Shown here in pieces: positions 10,056 to 18,879 of a stretch of DNA of 64,000 nt. The translations under genes and the position numbers were made by a program. A model generated the notes under the pieces. That model was not told where the DNA came from and made no database searches. It worked only from the letters and a program-made list of their open reading frames with translations. This DNA is from Clostridia bacterium (GTDB taxonomy: Bacteria > Bacillota > Clostridia > Oscillospirales > CAG-272): the NCBI GenBank assembly GCA_017502875.1, contig JAFVUF010000001.1, positions 10,191-74,190 of the forward strand, written 5' to 3'. Each line of letters starts with the position of its first letter. The first letter of the stretch is position 1.

Positions 10056-10175
10056 AACGGAAAATAAACCGTCTTCCGATTTCGGGATTCCACTTGTTTG
10101 CATGCGGGAAATATGCGTCAAAAGGGGTTAAAGAAAAAAAGTAAATAATTGGAAGGAAAAAATTGTTTAAAGCAC

Positions 10176-10204
10176 TTTACAAATCGGAATCTTTGTGGTA
10201 TAAT
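10176..10204 (+). promoter_or_regulatory. Sigma-A-type promoter with extended -10 for the 10278-14348 operon
   Basis: TTTACA, a 17-nt spacer ending in TGg, then TATAAT. It sits 74 nt upstream of the ATG at 10278. The 5' UTR contains the hairpin GAGCGC-TTAG-GCGCTC. Confidence 0.45.
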
Positions 10205-10277
10205 GTAGGTACATTATATTATATTAATGATAAAAAACTTTTGGAAGAGCGCTTAGGCGCTCGGAAAGGAAGAAAAT

Positions 10278-10538
10278 ATGTCAAAGAAAAGTAAGGGTAT
10301 ACTGAAGTTTATCATTGCTTGCGGCGTAGTTATTTCCGCTGTTTGCGCAGTTTTCGCGGTTCTTTACCGTATGCACAGTAAGCTGAAGGCGGTTGATGAG
10401 GGCGAGCAGGAGGATGACGGCGCTTGCGACGGTGAGTGCGAGGGCTGTACGCTCTGCGGTGATGATGTTGAGCAGACCGATGAGGACAGCGAGACAGAGG
10501 CGGATGCCGATGTTGAAAACGCTGACATTAAAGAGTAA
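10278..10538 (+). CDS. Hypothetical single-pass membrane protein with an acidic Cys-rich tail
   Basis: The basic N-terminus MSKKSKGILK is followed by a TM helix, then a D/E-rich tail containing CDGECEGCTLC. RBS AAAGGAAG. I recognise no family. Confidence 0.55.
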   Translation: MSKKSKGILKFIIACGVVISAVCAVFAVLYRMHSKLKAVDEGEQEDDGACDGECEGCTLCGDDVEQTDEDSETEADADVENADIKE

Positions 10539-10559
10539 TTCAAATAAAGGAGAGAATAT

Positions 10560-13500
10560 ATGAAACTCAAAACCAGATTATTTGCTCTCCTGTTGGTTCT
10601 TGTAATGCTTCTGCCTATGGCGGTTGCTTGCTCAGATCCAGCGGTTGAGAACAATCCGGTAAAGGACAAGGAGCCCGTCGCGGGTGAGCTTGCCCCTACG
10701 CCGGAAGTCGAGGAAAAGGTAGACGCTAAGGCGCTTCTCCTCGAGTTACTTAAAGAAGCCGAGCTCGACGCGAATTCCGCGACTGTTAAGGCTAAGTTCA
10801 AGGGTCAGATAGACGTTTCGTTCCTTGATCCCGAAATGAGCTACAGAACCGACGATCTTGTGGATTACGTTGATGACAGCGGGTATATCAATATCCCCGT
10901 ATCCGATATCATGGATATGTTCAGCGGAGATAGTGGAATACTCGGCGATATGAGCGCTATTTACAAGGACGTTCTTCTTGAGTTCGTTATGGGCGGCGAC
11001 TACGCAAGCCTTGAGGAAATGCTCGGAGGAGTTGTCGATAGCCTTGATCTGGATGTCATTACCTCTCAGTACGGCTCTGTTGAGAATTACCTTTCCGCTA
11101 TTCTCGTAGCTCAGCTTATCGGCGCTGTTCTTACCGCTAACGAGTACGCGGCTCACATGAACGCCGGAGCAATAGACAGCTTCGAGTCATGCGCAAGCGA
11201 AATTGAATATATGGTAAGCAATCTCACTGGCTACATATTAACTGAGATAAAGGGCGAAAACGATCTGTACGACGTTCTTTATTTCCTTTATAACGAGGAC
11301 TATCTTGGACTCCTTGCGCGCGGTTGTGTGTGCTACATAAACGACGAAGATAAGGAGAGTATCAACGAAGCAGATTCTGCTCTTGCCAGCATAATAACTG
11401 CCATTGAGAATAACGATGCCGTATATGACGGAGAGGGTAACTACAACCTTGAGGTTTACTATCCCGCTATCGCTGACAATATAGAGCCTATCCTTAAGGC
11501 GTTCATCTATACCTACGGATACAGATACAACCTTGATTACGACTACGCCGTTGACGCTCTTGTTGAGTACCTCGGAACCGAGGACGGTCCTGTCGCAAAT
11601 CTTGACGTGTGCGATATCCTTCTTTCGATAGGTGCCGCGGCTCTTGCCACCGTATACACGAACGAAATGCTCTACGAGTCTGATTTTGAGGGCTCCGAGC
11701 CTGAATTCGCATTCTTCAATCTCAGCGAGGAAAAATGGTACGTTGTGGACACCGCCGCTTCTGAGCCCACGTTTGTTGCTTTAACGGACGGAACGAACGT
11801 AACCGTGTTCGATGAATATGGAATTCAAGGTTACATATACGTCAGTCCTTACGGCTACGAATTTGCGAGTACCTTCGAGGAGGCGTATGCTCTTTGCTCT
11901 GAGCCCGAAAGCATTTGGGCTATATACGCGGTGCACGTAGGCGATGAGCCTTTCGTTGATTACGAGGATACCGTTAATGCTGTGTTCGATGAGCTGTTTG
12001 AGCTTCTTATCGGCGGCATCGGCGCTGAAATGACCGAGGATGATCAGCTTATGGTAGCCGCAGCAATGCTTGCGTTCACGATGACTTATCCCGAGCAGAA
12101 CGGCGAAAAGCTTATGGATGAAGCCTTTGCTGAAAGCTTCATTATATCCGCGCTTTCCGCTTCCGTTCTTAACGGAGCTTACGAAACCTTTACCGACGTA
12201 GCCGTAATGCTGGGCTACGACAAGAAACCCGCAACGCCCGAAGCTGGTGTAGTTTATGCCGAGGATTTCGTAGAAAAGTGGATAGTTAAGGTCGTTGCAG
12301 ACGAGAATTTAGCTACTGAGGATTACCTCATAGCAATGATAGTCGAGGTTCTTGATAACGATTACGTTGCAGGCGATCTCAACTCCTGGTACGGACTCGA
12401 TAACTTCTCAGGTATAACCGCCGCATACATTGCCGCTAAGTATCTTGGCGACGGCAATGCGAGTCAAATATTCGGCGGTGAGGAGCTTGGCGACGGACTT
12501 CCTGTAACGGTTGTAGCGGCTATTCTCTCCGAGTATGTATATCTCAATGTTGAAGAGTACTATTACAGTGATGTAACCACGTTTATTCTCGAATACTACG
12601 ATTATTCAAGACTTGATATAGTTAATTATGAGGACATCATAGCTCTCTATATAGCCATCGAAGACAGAAATCTTTACGACATTGATAATTACCGTTATCC
12701 CTTCGATTACATTGAGCACTTCGCAATGAGCATGATTCTCGATGGACTTATGAATAAAAAGTTCTACGACGAAAACGCGGCGGATAACAGCGATTATTAT
12801 ACCGCAAGCACAGCGGCTATGAATCTTCTCAATAAGATTTATCTGGTTGACGGAGATGACAGTCTGAACACCTCCGACGTTCTGGTTGATTTCATGTGGG
12901 TGCTTCTCGCAACCGACCTTGGGGACGAAGAGCTTTCAGATATGATGGATACGTTCAAGGGTGCCGTTAATACCGCTATGGAAGCGGACAGTGTTGATCT
13001 TAAAACCTGCTCCGCTCAAGAAGCGCTTATGTATATTTTCGGAACGCTCTACACAGAAGTGGCTCCGAATAGCGACCGTTACATCGACGTCCTTTTTGCT
13101 AAGCTTCTTCCCACACAGACTGAGGACGCGAGAATAGCTCTTGCCGATACAATTGGCGGTCTTATCGAGGAGGCGAGCGTAGGCTTTGAGGATATCAAGA
13201 CACTTGATAAAGATGTGCTTGTATTTTTCCTTTCCAACGTTTCCGTTCTTCTCTCCGAAAACGGCTTGAATACCGCCGTTCTTGACGGAGTGGTAGACGC
13301 TATCGAGGCGCTCGATACCGAGCTTGATATTGAGAAGCTTCTCGATATGATTTTCGCCGAGAGCTTCGATGATGAGGCTTATACCGTTCTTACCGACGTC
13401 GTTCTCGCTCTTATGGGCGGCTCTGCCGAGGATGCTCTTACCGCTATTGAGGCGGCAAAGACAGCGCTTACGGAAAACCTTATCGCGGTTGGTTATCTCC

Positions 13501-14348
13501 GAGCTCTTGAAGCTTCTATAAGTGGCGCTCAGCCCGAAATGGACGGAACACTTAACGTTATCGCGCTTATGTATCTTGCTAAGTATCATGGCGAGGATGT
13601 ATCCGCTGTGATAGTTCCCGCGCTTTATATGAGCCTTGATGAGTTTAAGGCTTACTTCAAGTTTGAGCCGCACTATCCTGACGTTTATACAGTCAGAGCC
13701 TGGGCAGGCAAGTACATCGCTCTCTACAACGAGAACGGCACAGTTAACGTCTTAGAAATGGCGGTTGACTTCCTTGTGGCAAGTGGTTACTACGATGAGG
13801 AAGATATTCCCGCTGCTACCGATGCTCTCTACTATGAGAAGCTTGCCGCAATCTATGCCGCAAACGAGTACTTCTGCAACGATGAGTATGCGGACGCGGT
13901 AGTTGACGTTATCTTCAATCCCGGTAACATATATCTCTACGGAGACGACTTCCTTGCGATAGCCGATAGCATTGATATGGATACCGAGAACAAGGCGGAG
14001 GGAATTGCTAAGCTTCTGTTCTACGTAATGAGCACCAAGGCTTACCTTGCTGTTGAGGACGCCAGAACTGTTGATTGGGATAAGGCTCTTGCGTATATTC
14101 CTGTATACTATTCGATTTTCACAAAGAGCGAGGAGCCGCTTGAAATAGCGAACAACGCGGCATTTGCAGAGCTTCTCCGTCCCGTATTCGCCGATACGGT
14201 AAACGCCGCATTTGAGGCAACCGTAGTTCCATACGAGACCGCAAGCGAGATTGTCTACGTATTCACTGTCGTAGGCGATATCGAGCACGTAGCTATTGAC
14301 GGCGAATGTGAGTTCATAATCGAAATTCGCGTACCCAAGGCTGCTTAA
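10560..14348 (+). CDS. Very large (1,262 aa) hyper-acidic putative lipoprotein of unknown function
   Basis: Strong RBS AAGGAG. The signal peptide ends in the lipobox-like MAVA-C. The mature chain is rich in D/E/Y/A/L with few K/R. No recognisable domain or motif. Confidence 0.8.
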   Translation: MKLKTRLFALLLVLVMLLPMAVACSDPAVENNPVKDKEPVAGELAPTPEVEEKVDAKALLLELLKEAELDANSATVKAKFKGQIDVSFLDPEMSYRTDDLVDYVDDSGYINIPVSDIMDMFSGDSGILGDMSAIYKDVLLEFVMGGDYASLEEMLGGVVDSLDLDVITSQYGSVENYLSAILVAQLIGAVLTANEYAAHMNAGAIDSFESCASEIEYMVSNLTGYILTEIKGENDLYDVLYFLYNEDYLGLLARGCVCYINDEDKESINEADSALASIITAIENNDAVYDGEGNYNLEVYYPAIADNIEPILKAFIYTYGYRYNLDYDYAVDALVEYLGTEDGPVANLDVCDILLSIGAAALATVYTNEMLYESDFEGSEPEFAFFNLSEEKWYVVDTAASEPTFVALTDGTNVTVFDEYGIQGYIYVSPYGYEFASTFEEAYALCSEPESIWAIYAVHVGDEPFVDYEDTVNAVFDELFELLIGGIGAEMTEDDQLMVAAAMLAFTMTYPEQNGEKLMDEAFAESFIISALSASVLNGAYETFTDVAVMLGYDKKPATPEAGVVYAEDFVEKWIVKVVADENLATEDYLIAMIVEVLDNDYVAGDLNSWYGLDNFSGITAAYIAAKYLGDGNASQIFGGEELGDGLPVTVVAAILSEYVYLNVEEYYYSDVTTFILEYYDYSRLDIVNYEDIIALYIAIEDRNLYDIDNYRYPFDYIEHFAMSMILDGLMNKKFYDENAADNSDYYTASTAAMNLLNKIYLVDGDDSLNTSDVLVDFMWVLLATDLGDEELSDMMDTFKGAVNTAMEADSVDLKTCSAQEALMYIFGTLYTEVAPNSDRYIDVLFAKLLPTQTEDARIALADTIGGLIEEASVGFEDIKTLDKDVLVFFLSNVSVLLSENGLNTAVLDGVVDAIEALDTELDIEKLLDMIFAESFDDEAYTVLTDVVLALMGGSAEDALTAIEAAKTALTENLIAVGYLRALEASISGAQPEMDGTLNVIALMYLAKYHGEDVSAVIVPALYMSLDEFKAYFKFEPHYPDVYTVRAWAGKYIALYNENGTVNVLEMAVDFLVASGYYDEEDIPAATDALYYEKLAAIYAANEYFCNDEYADAVVDVIFNPGNIYLYGDDFLAIADSIDMDTENKAEGIAKLLFYVMSTKAYLAVEDARTVDWDKALAYIPVYYSIFTKSEEPLEIANNAAFAELLRPVFADTVNAAFEATVVPYETASEIVYVFTVVGDIEHVAIDGECEFIIEIRVPKAA

Positions 14349-14362
14349 AGAAATTGACAACC

Positions 14363-14397
14363 AAAAAGGACTGAGTCGTATGGCTCAGTCCTTTTTA
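14363..14397. terminator. Bidirectional intrinsic terminator between convergent genes
   Basis: A 9-bp stem AGGACTGAG/CTCAGTCCT is flanked by an A-run upstream and a T-run downstream. Confidence 0.75.
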
Positions 14398-14417
14398 TGT
14401 TATAACGGTGAGGAAAG

Positions 14418-15017
14418 CTATAAAATAAGAGTATTGTCGCAATTTGCTTCAAGAGAGGACGGATTGTGGGTAACGCTGATAAGTGTCTTTCCAAGCGAGT
14501 ATTTTTTAATGACAGCCACTGTGTTTTCAACGTTTGCCTCGTCTAAGCCACGTAACGCCTCATCAAGAATAAGAATGTCAGAGTCGTATGCTAAGGCTCT
14601 TGCGATAGCGACACGCCGCGCCATACCGCCCGAAAGCTCCGAGGGGTAAGAGAGCATATCCTTTTTATCTCCCAAGCCAAGAGCCGTTAAAAGCTCTGCC
14701 GCAAGGGGCTTTTTTTCTTTGTTCTTGATTACCGACTCTACGTTTTGCAGGGCGTTAAACCAAGGTAAAAGCCTGTCCTCTTGGAAAAGGAGAGAAAGCT
14801 TTTTTCCTTCAATTCCGCTTAGAGTACCGCTATCCGGCTTTATAAGCCCCGCAAGTATACGGAGAAGTGTAGTTTTTCCGGATCCTGAGCTTCCTCGAAT
14901 CACCGAGGTACTTCCGTATTCGAAAAAGAAGGAAAGGTTACAAAGCACCTTTTTTTCACCGAAGCTTTTGCAAATACCGTCTCCCTTTATTCCGTTTAAG
15001 CAGAGATTATTTTCCAT
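14418..15017 (-). CDS. ABC transporter ATP-binding protein (SsuB/TauB-like)
   Basis: Walker A GSSGSGKTT, signature LSGGMARRVAIARAL and Walker B ILILDEA. The start is set at ATG 15017 and overlaps the permease stop. Confidence 0.85.
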   Translation of the reverse strand: MENNLCLNGIKGDGICKSFGEKKVLCNLSFFFEYGSTSVIRGSSGSGKTTLLRILAGLIKPDSGTLSGIEGKKLSLLFQEDRLLPWFNALQNVESVIKNKEKKPLAAELLTALGLGDKKDMLSYPSELSGGMARRVAIARALAYDSDILILDEALRGLDEANVENTVAVIKKYSLGKTLISVTHNPSSLEANCDNTLIL

Positions 15018-15846
15018 ACAGCGCAAATCTCCTTCCCATCAGACGTTTTATAAGATAGGCTATCAGCTTAACTGTGTATTCAAGCAAAACACTAAGTAAG
15101 ACAATAGCTATGGTCCAGGCAAAAAGCTTTTCGGACTCAAAATAAAGCTTAGAGGTATAGACGTAATATCCTACTGATTTTTCCGTAACGATAAGCACCT
15201 CGGCGGAGACGCAGGATTTCCAAGCAAGACCGAGCGAGGAGATACAGGCTGAGCCAAAGTAAGGAGCAGAGGAGGGGAGATAGAGATAAATAAGCCTTTT
15301 CAAAGCTGAAAACCTATATATATTCGCTACCTCAACAAGCGCCGAGTCAGTTTCGTTAAGTCCTGTAAGCCCGTTTTCGTATACTATCGGAAAAACCATA
15401 ATGACGGCAATAAAAATCGGCGTGGTGTTGGAATTCATCCAAAGAGCGCAAATCAGTATAAACGAAGCGACGGGAGTTGCTCTTGCAACCTTTATCAGCG
15501 GCGCGAAGAAAAATCTAAGAGGAGCTATGAAAAAGCTTAAAAACGCTGCGATAACACCCGAAAGTATCCCAAGAGTTAAGCCGCTTAAAACACGGGCAAT
15601 CGAACCCGTAACCGCCAAAATGAATTCTTTTTGAGGTAAAAGCTTGAAAAACTCCGCAAAAGCAGCAATGGGGGAGGGCAGTATAAAGCTTACTCCTATT
15701 CTGTACGCGGTGAAAGCCCATATAGCGCCCCAGAGCACCAGAGCAATAAGGAAAGCGCCAAGCGAAATGAGAGTCTTTTTATATTTCACGAAGAAGCCCG
15801 AAACGCCGTTTTCGGCGTTTCGGGTGCGATTATTATCCAATATCAT
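15007..15846 (-). CDS. ABC transporter permease (SsuC/TauC-like, BPD_transp_1)
   Basis: Six predicted TM helices in the typical aliphatic sulfonate/nitrate-type permease layout. The start is ambiguous: ATG 15846 overlaps the SBP gene by 14 nt, while GTG 15789 lies just after a 12-bp hairpin. Confidence 0.75.
   Translation of the reverse strand: MILDNNRTRNAENGVSGFFVKYKKTLISLGAFLIALVLWGAIWAFTAYRIGVSFILPSPIAAFAEFFKLLPQKEFILAVTGSIARVLSGLTLGILSGVIAAFLSFFIAPLRFFFAPLIKVARATPVASFILICALWMNSNTTPIFIAVIMVFPIVYENGLTGLNETDSALVEVANIYRFSALKRLIYLYLPSSAPYFGSACISSLGLAWKSCVSAEVLIVTEKSVGYYVYTSKLYFESEKLFAWTIAIVLLSVLLEYTVKLIAYLIKRLMGRRFALYGK
15797..15824 (-). promoter_or_regulatory. Perfect 12-bp GC-rich stem-loop at the SBP/permease junction
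   Basis: CCCGAAACGCCG-TTTT-CGGCGTTTCGGG lies 8 nt downstream of the SBP stop codon on the minus strand. No U-run follows it, so it looks more like an intercistronic mRNA-stability element than a terminator. Confidence 0.5.
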
Positions 15847-16840
15847 AATTGCCGTAGAAAGCTTTTTCGGGGAGCTTTCCTCCGATAGAGGCGGGATTTG
15901 CGGCATGGAGGACCTTTAACATGCCCTCAACGTCCTTTTTCATAGTTCTGCCGACCTCGCAGACGATGTTGGCTCTCTTGATAGCCTGCTTGGCTATGGG
16001 CGCTTTTGGAACTATACCGTACTCTACGAGGAGCGCGGCTGCGTCATCGGAGTTTTCGTCAGCGTTAACGTAGTCAACGGAGTCCTTATACGCCTTTAAA
16101 AACCTTTCAATAGCCTTCGGGTGCTTATCGGCAAACGCCTTGTTTACAACGAGACAGCCCTGAACAAGCTTAGTGTCGCAGACCTTATCCCATTCGTCAG
16201 TTACGCTTAAACAAATCTTAAATCCCTGCGTGGTTGCTACGGTAGCCGCGGGCTCCGGGAGCATAGCAAAGCTTCCGTTATCAAGCTTCATAGCCGCGAT
16301 AGCGGTGTTTCCGTCAGCGTGATAAATTACTCTTACTCCGTTTGCGTCAAGCGGTGTGGTTAGGTCATTTACCGCGTTCATTCCGTTCTCGGCGAGTATA
16401 TAATTAATGATATATTCGGGGGTACTTGCTTTGCCTGTGGTGTGAACAGTCTTACCCTTGAGGTCGGTAATGGAGGCAACGTCGCTGCTACCGACTATCG
16501 AAAGAACGCCGAGCGCGTTGGTCGCTATTACCTCAATCTTGCCCTCGCTTTTGTTAAAGAGCGCGGCGCAGGCGTTGATGGGAAGCGCGGCGATATCAAC
16601 CGTTCCGTTTAAAATGTCGCTATTGAGCTGAGCAACGTTTGCGGTTTCGTAGAAGGTGAAGCTGAAGCCGTCGGGCTCGCTTGCGGTAGCTACGCTGTCC
16701 TTGGCAACCTTTACCGCGCCCATACCCGTCGGGCCTTTAAGCACTCCGACCTTTATCTGTGTGTCTTCTTCTTTTGAGCATGCGGCGAGAGCGAAAATCG
16801 CCGCTACGACTAATATGATGGCTAAAATTCTTTTAAGCAT
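15833..16840 (-). CDS. ABC transporter substrate-binding lipoprotein (NMT1/THI5-SsuA-like)
   Basis: Signal peptide with the lipobox LAAC. Mature protein resembles NMT1/SsuA-type periplasmic binding proteins (IKVGVLKGPTGMGAV...). Confidence 0.75.
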   Translation of the reverse strand: MLKRILAIILVVAAIFALAACSKEEDTQIKVGVLKGPTGMGAVKVAKDSVATASEPDGFSFTFYETANVAQLNSDILNGTVDIAALPINACAALFNKSEGKIEVIATNALGVLSIVGSSDVASITDLKGKTVHTTGKASTPEYIINYILAENGMNAVNDLTTPLDANGVRVIYHADGNTAIAAMKLDNGSFAMLPEPAATVATTQGFKICLSVTDEWDKVCDTKLVQGCLVVNKAFADKHPKAIERFLKAYKDSVDYVNADENSDDAAALLVEYGIVPKAPIAKQAIKRANIVCEVGRTMKKDVEGMLKVLHAANPASIGGKLPEKAFYGNYDIG

Positions 16841-16911
16841 TTTATTTACTGTCCTTTCGTAACTTTATTTTTGTTTAAATTAGCGATTATGGGTTGCAGC
16901 GAACAGCTTTT

Positions 16912-17586
16912 TTACATGCTGGAGCTGCCGTCCGATATTCTTTGAAGAGCGTTTTTTCGGAGTATCAGTATACTTTTACCGTCTTTTAAGATTATGCCCT
17001 TTGCGGTAAGGGAATCTATGGCGCGGTAAAGAGACGCTCTGCCCATATCGAGCATCTCCGCAAGCCTTGAATATGAGACGTGAAGCTCTACCTTGCCCGT
17101 TTCCGATTCGTCGGAAAGAAGCAGATGGAGCGCCAGCTTTGCCTCCGCCCCCGATGCCGTATAAGCCTTGATGCGACTGTTAAGGAATCGGATGCGCGAG
17201 GTCAGAAATTTGATATAATCCATAGCGAAAGCGCCGTTTGAATGAATCAGCTCCGCTATCGCCTCACCGGGTATTATAAGCGCCTCGGTGTGATTTAATG
17301 CGGTAAGGCAGGTAACTAAATCGTGAGAGTCGGAAAAAAGCGTCGCGACTCCCGTAACGCTACCCGAGCCAAACATACGCATTAGCAGCTTCTTATCATC
17401 GGAGCTTTTTGTTACCGAAACACTTCCTTTTAGAATTACCGTTACTGCGTATTCGCTTTTGATTTCACTGTTTGCCTCAAATTTCAATAATTCTGAGCGG
17501 CGTATGAGCAACGAAATATCGCCGTCGCTAAGCGCCTTGAACAGAGGTAGCGCCCGCACAGTGTCAAATACGGCTTGTTTCTTCAT
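16912..17586 (-). CDS. Crp/Fnr family transcriptional regulator
   Basis: N-terminal cNMP-binding-like beta-roll and a C-terminal HTH (SRLAEMLDMGRASLYRAIDSLTAKGII). ATG 17586 is preferred over GTG 17592. Confidence 0.8.
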   Translation of the reverse strand: MKKQAVFDTVRALPLFKALSDGDISLLIRRSELLKFEANSEIKSEYAVTVILKGSVSVTKSSDDKKLLMRMFGSGSVTGVATLFSDSHDLVTCLTALNHTEALIIPGEAIAELIHSNGAFAMDYIKFLTSRIRFLNSRIKAYTASGAEAKLALHLLLSDESETGKVELHVSYSRLAEMLDMGRASLYRAIDSLTAKGIILKDGKSILILRKNALQRISDGSSSM

Positions 17587-17750
17587 AAACACCTCATAAA
17601 TGTCTCATTTGATACAATTATATAGCATTTTCGGTATTTTGTCAATAGCCAAAACAAATATAAATAATGAGAGATGAAAGGGAAAATATGTAAAAAATCA
17701 CATAAATCGGGCTTTTAGTCGAAAAAGCTTGAAATTTTTTTGAAAAAAAC

Positions 17751-17779
17751 TTGAAAGTTAAGCGTATAAATGTTATAAT
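17751..17779 (+). promoter_or_regulatory. Sigma-A-type promoter for the LysR-family gene
   Basis: TTGAAA-17 nt-TATAAT. An ATAAT-N9-ATTAT inverted repeat (17775-17793) overlaps the -10 and start region and is compatible with a LysR T-N11-A autoregulatory box. Confidence 0.45.
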
Positions 17780-17822
17780 TGAATAAAGATTATAACTTTT
17801 ATGCGAAAAGGAACAAAACGAA

Positions 17823-18746
17823 ATGAATATACTTCACCTGAAATACGCGGTGGAAATATCCAGAACAAAATCGATAAGCAAGGCGGCGGAGAATCTTTAT
17901 ATGGGTCAGCCAAACCTAAGCCGAGCTATAAAGGAGCTTGAGGAGAGCCTCGGAATAACCATATTCGAGAGGACGACCAGGGGAATACGTGTAACTCCCG
18001 ACGGCGAGGAGTTTTTGCAGTACGCCAAAAGCATAATCTCGCAGGTCGAGGACGTTGAGGCGATGTACAGAAACGGACATGTCAAAAAGCAGAAATTTTC
18101 GATATGCGTTCCAAGAGCCAGCTATATATCCTACGCTATGGCAGAGTTTTCAAAGCATATAGACACCCAAATTCCCGCGGATATCTTCTATAAAGAGACT
18201 AACTCCATGCGAACCATCAATAACATATTAAACGACACCTTCAATCTCGGAATTGTCCGATACCAAACGGCTTTTGAAAGGTACTATAAGTCTCTTTTCT
18301 CGGCAAAAAAGCTTGTTACCGAGACGATAACCGAGTTTAATTACTGTCTGCTTATGAGCCGTAACCATCCGCTTGCAAACAGAGACGATATAGAGCTGCC
18401 CGAGCTTGCTCCGTATATTGAGGTAACTCACGGAGACCCCTACGTTCCGTCAATGCCGCAGATAGACGTAAAAAAGGCGGAGATGTCGGAGTTTGTTGAT
18501 AAGCGTATATACGTTTTTGAGAGAGCGAGTCAGTATCTGCTGCTTCAAACCGTACCGAATACTTTTATGTGGGTTTCTCCGCTTCCAAAGGACTTGCTTG
18601 AAAAATACGGGCTGGTGCAAAGGTCGTGTAAGGCGGTATCTAAGGTCTATAAGGACGTGTTGATATACCAGTCGGACTACAAGCTGACGGAGCTTGATAA
18701 TATATTTATAGACGAGCTAAAGGCTGCTACTAACAAATATATATAA
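17823..18746 (+). CDS. LysR family transcriptional regulator
   Basis: N-terminal HTH (MNILHLKYAVEISRTKSISKAAENLYMGQPNLSRAIKELEESLG) and a roughly 200-aa substrate-binding domain. Confidence 0.88.
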   Translation: MNILHLKYAVEISRTKSISKAAENLYMGQPNLSRAIKELEESLGITIFERTTRGIRVTPDGEEFLQYAKSIISQVEDVEAMYRNGHVKKQKFSICVPRASYISYAMAEFSKHIDTQIPADIFYKETNSMRTINNILNDTFNLGIVRYQTAFERYYKSLFSAKKLVTETITEFNYCLLMSRNHPLANRDDIELPELAPYIEVTHGDPYVPSMPQIDVKKAEMSEFVDKRIYVFERASQYLLLQTVPNTFMWVSPLPKDLLEKYGLVQRSCKAVSKVYKDVLIYQSDYKLTELDNIFIDELKAATNKYI

Positions 18747-18755
18747 GATAAACGC

Positions 18756-18785
18756 AAAAACGACCTCTTTTGAGGTCGTTTTTTG
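18756..18785 (+). terminator. Intrinsic terminator of the LysR-family gene
   Basis: CGACCTC-TTTT-GAGGTCG followed by a T7 run. Confidence 0.8.
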
Positions 18786-18793
18786 ATATTTAA

Positions 18794-18879
18794 CTGTCCG
18801 CGGGATAACCTCGCTTACAAGGTGAGCTTGACTTGCCAGAAATGGCAAGCTTAGCTCAAATTGCGGTTTACGGGTTAGC
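18794..18879 (+). repeat. Structured intergenic repeat module, copy 1 (paralogue of 27852-27917)
   Basis: Ungapped hand alignment of 18794-18854 with 27852-27912 gives about 47/61 identities. It contains the hairpin CTTGCCA-GAAA-TGGCAAG and abuts the pheA stop codon. Confidence 0.5.

Noticed and set aside
12936-14360. Two long minus-strand ORFs (245 aa and 202 aa) antisense to the giant lipoprotein gene
   Set aside because: They arise because the sense strand is rich in GAN/GCN codons. The sense frame is uninterrupted for 1,262 codons and has a signal peptide, an RBS and a terminator. The antisense frames have none of these.
15847-15906. Longest version of the permease ORF (start 15906), and similar long extensions of ecfA1 (23397), ecfT (25159), rnhB (58205) and apgM (60972)
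   Set aside because: Each extension overlaps the upstream gene substantially or precedes a much better ATG/RBS. The family-typical N-termini begin at the internal starts used in the feature list.
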